Assembly: GCA_963666835.2 (NCBI GenBank)
Contig: CAXXGO010000001.1
Coordinates: forward strand, 1,408,001-1,472,000
Length of the DNA: 64,000 nt
DNA from: Phycisphaerae bacterium
GTDB taxonomy: Bacteria; Planctomycetota; Phycisphaerae; UBA1845
Direction of reading: 5' to 3'
Made by a program: the position numbers and the translations under genes. Under the pieces are notes generated by a model that did no database searches, was not told the origin of the DNA, and worked only from the letters and a program-made list of their open reading frames with translations. Positions 58,344 through 64,000 of this stretch are shown here, piece after piece; the stretch's first letter is position 1, and each line of letters starts with the position of its first letter.

Positions 58344-59270
58344 ATGACGAAACCTGCTTCACGCGAGATTGAGCCCGGGATGGCGACGGCGGCGCGGACC
58401 ATAGACGGCAGAGTTCTCGGGCAGCGCATCAAGGACGAAGCCGCGGCGCAGGTACGCGAACTTGCGGCTCAAGGGGTGCGGGTCAGTCTGGATGCGGTGA
58501 TGGTGGGGGATCCGGATGCCGGTGAGATCTACGCCCGTTCCCAACGCAAGAGATGCCATGATGTTGGCATTGAATATCGCCTTCATACTTTGGGAGTCAG
58601 GGCGCGTGAGGCGGACATCCGCGGACTGCTGCGCGACCTGAACGAGGATTCCGGCGTTACCGGGATCGTTCTGAACTTGCCGCTCCCCCCCGGAATAGAC
58701 ACGCCGGCGATGCAGTACGGAATAGACCCCTACAAGGATGTTGAAGGGGTGAACCCGGCCAACATCGGTCTGTTGTTCTACGACGATCCGATCATCGCGC
58801 CGTGTACGGCGTTGGCGGTCATGGAGGTATTGAAAGAAGCCCAAGTGGATCCGCGCGGCCTGAATGCGGTGGTGGTCGGGCAGGGGGATATTGCCGGTAA
58901 GCCGGTTTCGTTGTTCCTGCTACACAAGATGGCGACGGTGACCAGTTGCCATATCGCCACACGCGATCTGGCGGAGCACACCCGGAATGCGGATTTGCTT
59001 GTGGTGGCCGTGGGCAAGCCCGGGCTCATCGGTGCGGAGCATGTCAAGCCGGGGGCGGTTGTTATTGACGTTGGGATCAACAGCGTAGTGGATGCCGCGG
59101 GGCAGCGCTGCATCGTCGGAGACGTCGCTTCTGATGAAGTCCGGGATATTGCGGGGGTGATTACCCCGGTTCCGGGCGGAGTGGGACCGGTGACGGTCGC
59201 GATCCTCTTGCGCAGTGCCGCCGAAGCCGCCCGCAAGCAGTTGGTCATGCCGCGTCGTCTGGATTCGTAA
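58344..59270 (+). CDS. folD: FolD-family methylenetetrahydrofolate dehydrogenase (cyclohydrolase residues substituted)
   Basis: LPLP, KDVEG, PCTA, ATVTSCH, AVVIDVGIN, ITPVPGGVGPVTVAIL. Confidence 0.92.
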   Translation: MTKPASREIEPGMATAARTIDGRVLGQRIKDEAAAQVRELAAQGVRVSLDAVMVGDPDAGEIYARSQRKRCHDVGIEYRLHTLGVRAREADIRGLLRDLNEDSGVTGIVLNLPLPPGIDTPAMQYGIDPYKDVEGVNPANIGLLFYDDPIIAPCTALAVMEVLKEAQVDPRGLNAVVVGQGDIAGKPVSLFLLHKMATVTSCHIATRDLAEHTRNADLLVVAVGKPGLIGAEHVKPGAVVIDVGINSVVDAAGQRCIVGDVASDEVRDIAGVITPVPGGVGPVTVAILLRSAAEAARKQLVMPRRLDS

Positions 59271-59411
59271 GTTGATGCCCGGAGCGGTCATCAGCCGTTG
59301 ACCGCGAAGCGATTCGGCCGTAGCGTTTTTGGTGCCACGCGGCATCATGCCGCAGTGGTCCGGGCGCCGCGCGGCGGTCGGCGTAAGGCGAGGGCACGGG
59401 AGACCTGCCGA

Positions 59412-61157
59412 ATGAACCGTGCGAGAGTCGCTTGTTTCCTTCTCGTTGTCGGCTTTTGCCGGCTGCTGAGCCCGACGTGCGCCCAGGAGACGCGGGCTTT
59501 AGATGCGGCGGGGGCAGATTCCGACTTAGGCGGCTCGGTCTGGGCGGTTGTTCCGGATAATGCCTGTGTCGTGGCAGCAGTCCGCGATATGGCAGGTTTG
59601 GATTCGAAGTTTGCGAAGTTGGCCGGGCGTATGGGGACCGAGTTCCAAGGCCTTACGGCGATCGAATCTGCAATCGAGATCGTCGCGGGGATCGACGATC
59701 ACGGAGAGGCGGCCGTACTGCTTATGCCGCCGTCGGAGGCCGGTCCGATTGCGGACTCTCTGATTCTCTTGCTGCCTACAACCGATCGGGCCGCGCTGCT
59801 TATGTTCCTCAATCCCCAGCCGTTGGAGGACGGGTATGTTAAGGTGCGGCTCGGCGGGCGGGAGAGCTTCGCGGGGACGAAGGGAGCGTTTACGGTCTTC
59901 GGTCCGGACCTCGCCACGGTGAAGTCCGTAGTAACCGCCAAGAGCGGGCTGATCACTCGTTGTCAGGACTTCCACCTTCGCCAGATGGCGGCAAACGATG
60001 TGTCGGTTTACGCGGATTCGTCCGCGGAGGGATCCGGCCGGCTCGTCGAGATGTTGAAAGGAGGATTCCCGCGAATCTCCGGTTTTTTGAAGGGCGCATT
60101 GGAGGATCAGGACCGTCTGTTCGGTTCGGCTCGGCTGGACTCCACCGGGGTGGCGCTTTCGTTGAGTGTGGATCGAGACAATGGACCGACGAGCTCAGCA
60201 GGTGCGGACGTGGCCGGTACTCTGCTGGCGGGTTTGCCGGATGAGCCGGTTGTGTTCGCGGCTGGTTCGGCCGAGGGGGCTTCCCTTCAGCAAGCCCATG
60301 TGATCTTTGAGGACATTGTAACGTCACTGACGCGGAAAGGTGTCATCCTGGCGGATCGGGCGGCTGATTTGCGGGCGGTCTATCGGTCCGCCATCGCCCG
60401 GGTTGCGCGCGGCGCAGTCAGCATGTCGATGTTGCCGAACGGGGCCGGTAGTCCCGTTGGTTCCGTTATGGTGGCTCAGGCCCGCGGGAGCGGGGCGTTA
60501 TTGCTGCGCGACGTGGAGACGGCCGTAAGCGTGGTAAGGAGCGGGGTCTTTGCTGACGCGCGGTTGGCACGGTTAGTGGAACGGCTCGAAGTGCGGCGTG
60601 CGGCGGAGACCCTTGCAGGGGTGCCGGTTGACCACATTGTTGTGGAACTGAGTGGCCTCGAGGGAGTAGACGAGGCTGCCGTTCGGAGTGTTTTGGGAGA
60701 TGAGGGCCTTCTCTGTCGAATAGCAGTGGTGGACGAGTCCTTCGTGGTGGCGACTCTCGGCGGCGGCGCGGCTCGATTCAGCGAGGTTATGGAGATAGTC
60801 CGTTCGGGCGGGGCGCCCCTGGCGGCTGATGTGGCGATTCAGATGTCGGCTATGGGTGTTGCCCGCGAGCGTTGTCTCGAAGCGTATTTCGCTTTGGATC
60901 GGTGGGCCAAGCTGGCCAATATGGTCTGCCGGGCGTTTGGCTCGGCGGTTCCATATCGGCGGGTGCCGGAGGTGAATGCCCCGGTAGCGCTAACCGTACG
61001 TTCGGTGGCGGGGGGCGCGCAGACTGAGGTGTTCATTCCCGTTGAGGTGCTCGATGCAGCTCGGTGGATTATGACGGATGCCGTGCCAAACGGGGCGACT
61101 GGTGACGGCGTTGGGATTGCTCCGGAGGCAGACGCGAGGGGGGTAAATGATCATTAA
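59412..61157 (+). CDS. Hypothetical secreted protein
   Basis: Long ORF in an operon-like run; signal peptide MNRARVACFLLVVG..CAQ; overlaps the next start. Confidence 0.75.
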   Translation: MNRARVACFLLVVGFCRLLSPTCAQETRALDAAGADSDLGGSVWAVVPDNACVVAAVRDMAGLDSKFAKLAGRMGTEFQGLTAIESAIEIVAGIDDHGEAAVLLMPPSEAGPIADSLILLLPTTDRAALLMFLNPQPLEDGYVKVRLGGRESFAGTKGAFTVFGPDLATVKSVVTAKSGLITRCQDFHLRQMAANDVSVYADSSAEGSGRLVEMLKGGFPRISGFLKGALEDQDRLFGSARLDSTGVALSLSVDRDNGPTSSAGADVAGTLLAGLPDEPVVFAAGSAEGASLQQAHVIFEDIVTSLTRKGVILADRAADLRAVYRSAIARVARGAVSMSMLPNGAGSPVGSVMVAQARGSGALLLRDVETAVSVVRSGVFADARLARLVERLEVRRAAETLAGVPVDHIVVELSGLEGVDEAAVRSVLGDEGLLCRIAVVDESFVVATLGGGAARFSEVMEIVRSGGAPLAADVAIQMSAMGVARERCLEAYFALDRWAKLANMVCRAFGSAVPYRRVPEVNAPVALTVRSVAGGAQTEVFIPVEVLDAARWIMTDAVPNGATGDGVGIAPEADARGVNDH

Positions 61158-61890
61158 GCTCGACAAGGTGGAAGTGCGGGTACTCGGCGTGTTGATCGAG
61201 AAGTCGCTGTCTCAATCGGGAAGCTATCCTCTGACTCTCAATGCCGTTGTGCTCGGTGCGAATCAGAAGCAGAACCGTGAACCCGTGTTGTCACTGAGCG
61301 AGACGGAGGTCGGACGGGTTCTGCACAGCTTGGAGCGGAAGAAGCTGGTCGGGTATGCTTCGGTGGGGGCGGGCGCGCGGGCCAACCGGTTCGAGCATCA
61401 CGTGGCCGAGCAGCTCAAGTGGGATCGACGTGAACAGGCGGTTATGGCAGAGCTTATGCTGCGCGACCGGCAGACGATTGGTGAATTGCGCACCCGGGCG
61501 AGTCGGATGACGCCTTTTCCTGATCTCCCGGCGGTTGCTGCGGTTCTCGATAGCCTGGCGGCCTACGATCCGCCCTGCGTCGAAGAGCTTCCCCGCGAGC
61601 CGGGCCGGTCGGCGTCACGATATCGTCATCTTATCGGCGAAGATTCGACCGTCGGAGAACCCGCCGCCCCGGCCCCCTCCGCTGCCGCGATCCCCGCGGT
61701 CTCAAGCGGAGACGAATCGCCTACGTCGCTGCCGGCCGGTATCGAATCTGCGCCTTCGTCGGCAACCGCAAACGACCCGGCCGCCGCGGCAGGAACCGCG
61801 ACGATTGCGTCTCTCACCGCCCGCGTCGCCGAGCTCGAAGAACGAGTCACCCGCCTGGCGGAAGAGGTGGCCGAGCTTAGGCGAGTTTGA
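61147..61890 (+). CDS. DUF480/YceH family protein
   Basis: EVRVLGVLIEK, YPLTLNA, NQKQNREPV, QTIGELRTRASRM, C-terminal coiled coil. Confidence 0.88.
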   Translation: MIIKLDKVEVRVLGVLIEKSLSQSGSYPLTLNAVVLGANQKQNREPVLSLSETEVGRVLHSLERKKLVGYASVGAGARANRFEHHVAEQLKWDRREQAVMAELMLRDRQTIGELRTRASRMTPFPDLPAVAAVLDSLAAYDPPCVEELPREPGRSASRYRHLIGEDSTVGEPAAPAPSAAAIPAVSSGDESPTSLPAGIESAPSSATANDPAAAAGTATIASLTARVAELEERVTRLAEEVAELRRV

Positions 61891-62089
61891 TTTTACAGGC
61901 GGGCGTCTTGTCCCGCGCCTGTGCAACTGTGAGAAAGGCGAGGGGGACAAAGAGCATGCGCCCATTAGTTCTCTTCCCTGCGTTATTCGCCTAACCGCTT
62001 CTCTTTGCTTCTGTCCATTCGTCAGCCGAGGCGTAGTATTTCTGCCTCGGTTTCCTCGGTCAGAGGCCCCATGCACGGCTTTGAGAGAC

Positions 62090-62572
62090 TCACCCCTCCG
62101 GTCTCTCAGCTTCGTCATACTGGGATAACACTAGCTCCTCAAGAAGGTCGAGTCGGCTCTCGAGCATGTCGGCATATTCTCTGGTGGCCGGCGCGTTGAC
62201 CGGGATTATTTCATCGTCAATGGACCGCCCTTCATGGACCGCCTCGACCCACCGCCGCATCTCGCGGATGTAACTTCTGAGCGCCGATGGCGGATCGGGA
62301 CTCAAGTCGCAGACCAGGTATGCCGGCGGCAAATCACCCGTAACCACCCACAGCCAATCATCGACGTCAGGATGCCCCGGTGAGATTTCGAAGAGAAAGA
62401 CTCCGAGAATCCCCTCGTTGCCCAAGCCGAAGTACCCGTTCCTTATCGACTTGCACCATCGCTTCGAAAGAAGAAACTGCTCCGCCCGGTCGGCGAATTG
62501 ACCAAGGCTATAGTCATCTTCCGGATCTCCCCTGTCCATGGCAGAGATGGGTGTAAGTACTTCGATGTTCAT
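62090..62572 (-). CDS. Hypothetical protein (WVVTGDLP motif, DUF4826-like; possible immunity protein)
   Basis: 160 aa; DDWLWVVTGDLPPAYL; ATGA overlap with the upstream gene. Confidence 0.7.
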   Translation of the reverse strand: MNIEVLTPISAMDRGDPEDDYSLGQFADRAEQFLLSKRWCKSIRNGYFGLGNEGILGVFLFEISPGHPDVDDWLWVVTGDLPPAYLVCDLSPDPPSALRSYIREMRRWVEAVHEGRSIDDEIIPVNAPATREYADMLESRLDLLEELVLSQYDEAERPEG

Positions 62573-63210
62573 GGTCTGTGCCTGTTCCTACCCTTGTCTG
62601 CGTCCGCAGCTTCTTTGAACAACGAGGTGAGGTGGTCGGCAAGAAACCTCAAGCTGCTTCTAGCGTCTGCGATCTCCGGCTCGAACTCGTCTGCGACAAT
62701 GACCTCGTGGATATACTCCATCATCCTGCGTTCGCCCACAACGCATTCGACGGCTATCTCGGTTGCCAGTTGCGTGCCGTCCTCGTCGGCAGTCAGGCTC
62801 GGAGTCCGAACGACGATGTCGAAGGCGCCGCCAGGGAGCTCAAGCAGCATATACTGCCAGCCTGACGCATCAACATCAACAGGTCTACCATGGCGGTCCT
62901 CAAACGTAAACCGAAGATCGAAGTCCTTCGGAGGTTTGGCGGGATGAAACTCCCAGCCATCGCAATCCGGCGCGGCGTTAACGATGGCAGTCGTCACCGC
63001 CAACCACTCCGGGCGGCCACTCGGAGAGATAGTCAGGGCGTTACTCTCGACGATCCCTGGCCCGACTTCCCACACGAGATCTCCGAGAGACCGCACTCTT
63101 GCGTCGAGCTCCGCCAGTATCTTCGCATCTTCGAGGTTCGCTCCCAATTCCGCCGCGACCGACGCGAACCAATCCCAGAAGGCCCGAAGCCGGGTTTGTG
63201 AGATACTCAT
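62569..63210 (-). CDS. Hypothetical protein (FWxWF N-terminal motif)
   Basis: GGAGG upstream of ATG 63210; AFWDWF..VWEVGP..LTISPSG..AAP..GWEF. Confidence 0.7.
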   Translation of the reverse strand: MSISQTRLRAFWDWFASVAAELGANLEDAKILAELDARVRSLGDLVWEVGPGIVESNALTISPSGRPEWLAVTTAIVNAAPDCDGWEFHPAKPPKDFDLRFTFEDRHGRPVDVDASGWQYMLLELPGGAFDIVVRTPSLTADEDGTQLATEIAVECVVGERRMMEYIHEVIVADEFEPEIADARSSLRFLADHLTSLFKEAADADKGRNRHRP

Positions 63211-63423
63211 GACGGCTACCTGACGCCTCCTGTCACGCGGCAAGTGAATCCCAGTTCGCCGGGATCGCACTCGTTTGTGTCCTCAAGCGGATATTCCGTT
63301 GAATCATTGCCTCGCTGTTACGTCGCCAACGAGGTTTGAGGCGGACATACTTGCTGAACAGCCACCGCAAAGCGAGACCCCAGATGCCGGCTCCAAGGCA
63401 GCGTTTTTGAGCGAATGGCCCCG

Positions 63424-63903
63424 TTACGGAGCCACACTGAGTTTCAGCGATGGGATATCTTCATACTCCTTGATCTTCGATATTACCACCGATGCGAGCT
63501 CACCGGATCTGATTTGTATCTCCTCGAACTCCGTATCATATCCTTCTGTCAAGAACAGCAAGATCGCTTCGACGCCGGGTTGCCGGAGCACCCGCGAAAT
63601 CCACCCCTCAATCCTCCGAAAGTTGTCGAATATGACCGCAGGAGCATTATTATATGGAGAGATAAGGGTGTCCGAAGTGTCCTCCATTGGAGACGCCGTA
63701 ATCAGGAATGGGGTGGCTGTCGTGTTCGTGATACCGAACTTGAGGAGCATTTCAGCCACGTTGTCCTGTTTGATGTTATAAGACAACATGACATGAACTC
63801 CGAGATCCAAGCCAGTCCTTGTCGAGCGCCAGCAGGCGCTTTCGAGGACGGAATCGGTGGTGTTGCCGGAGTATAGTATCTGTCCGAAAGCGAAGTAACT
63901 CAT
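63424..63903 (-). CDS. Hypothetical acidic protein, visibly more AT-rich (possible immunity protein)
   Basis: 159 aa ORF with AT-richer codons than flanking housekeeping genes; its ATG overlaps a TGA (ATGA) of an upstream frame. Confidence 0.65.
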   Translation of the reverse strand: MSYFAFGQILYSGNTTDSVLESACWRSTRTGLDLGVHVMLSYNIKQDNVAEMLLKFGITNTTATPFLITASPMEDTSDTLISPYNNAPAVIFDNFRRIEGWISRVLRQPGVEAILLFLTEGYDTEFEEIQIRSGELASVVISKIKEYEDIPSLKLSVAP

Positions 63904-64000
63904 GCCGGGTATCCATTTGAAGTTGTTGGGGAATCGTCATACCCCGAAGAAAGTGGGGTTGTTTCCTCCGGGGTTATTGGGCGGCCTTGATCGTCGAATC
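63900..64000 (-). CDS. 3' end of an upstream ORF entering from outside the window (partial)
   Basis: Open frame IRRSRPPNNPEETTPLSSGYDDSPTTSNGYPA* ends in an ATGA overlap with the 63903 start. Confidence 0.35.
   Translation of the reverse strand, partial: FDDQGRPITPEETTPLSSGYDDSPTTSNGYPA

Overview
High-GC bacterial chromosomal window, most consistent with a Planctomycetota genome, probably Phycisphaerae. This is inferred from CxxCGYxLxGL..CPECG membrane zinc-ribbon proteins, REP-type palindromes and mreBC. Most of it is housekeeping or metabolic: trpD, mnmE, oleA-oleB, addA, putA, nadK-dxs-ispA, CBS-korA-korB-CBS, selA-selB, ggt, xerC, mreB-mreC, folD and a DUF480 gene. It also encodes many predicted lipoproteins or secreted proteins (Cys-rich repeat, Sel1, two tandem metzincins, TolB-like) and several glycosyltransferases. 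No rRNA, tRNA, CRISPR array or transposase could be supported. Best second-look items: (1) a structured intergenic RNA candidate at about 15.3-15.5 kb with a plausible promoter and terminator; (2) nested inverted REP/REPIN-like elements at 43.7-44.4 kb, part of which is repeated at 4.9-5.1 kb; (3) a FolD lacking the cyclohydrolase residues; (4) oleAB without oleCD; (5) a Cys-to-Ser isochorismatase-fold protein; (6) unannotated small proteins; (7) an immunity-like gene cluster at the right edge; (8) homopolymer or dinucleotide frameshifts at 45-50 kb that look like sequencing errors. All calls come from motif reading by eye; no database searches were run.
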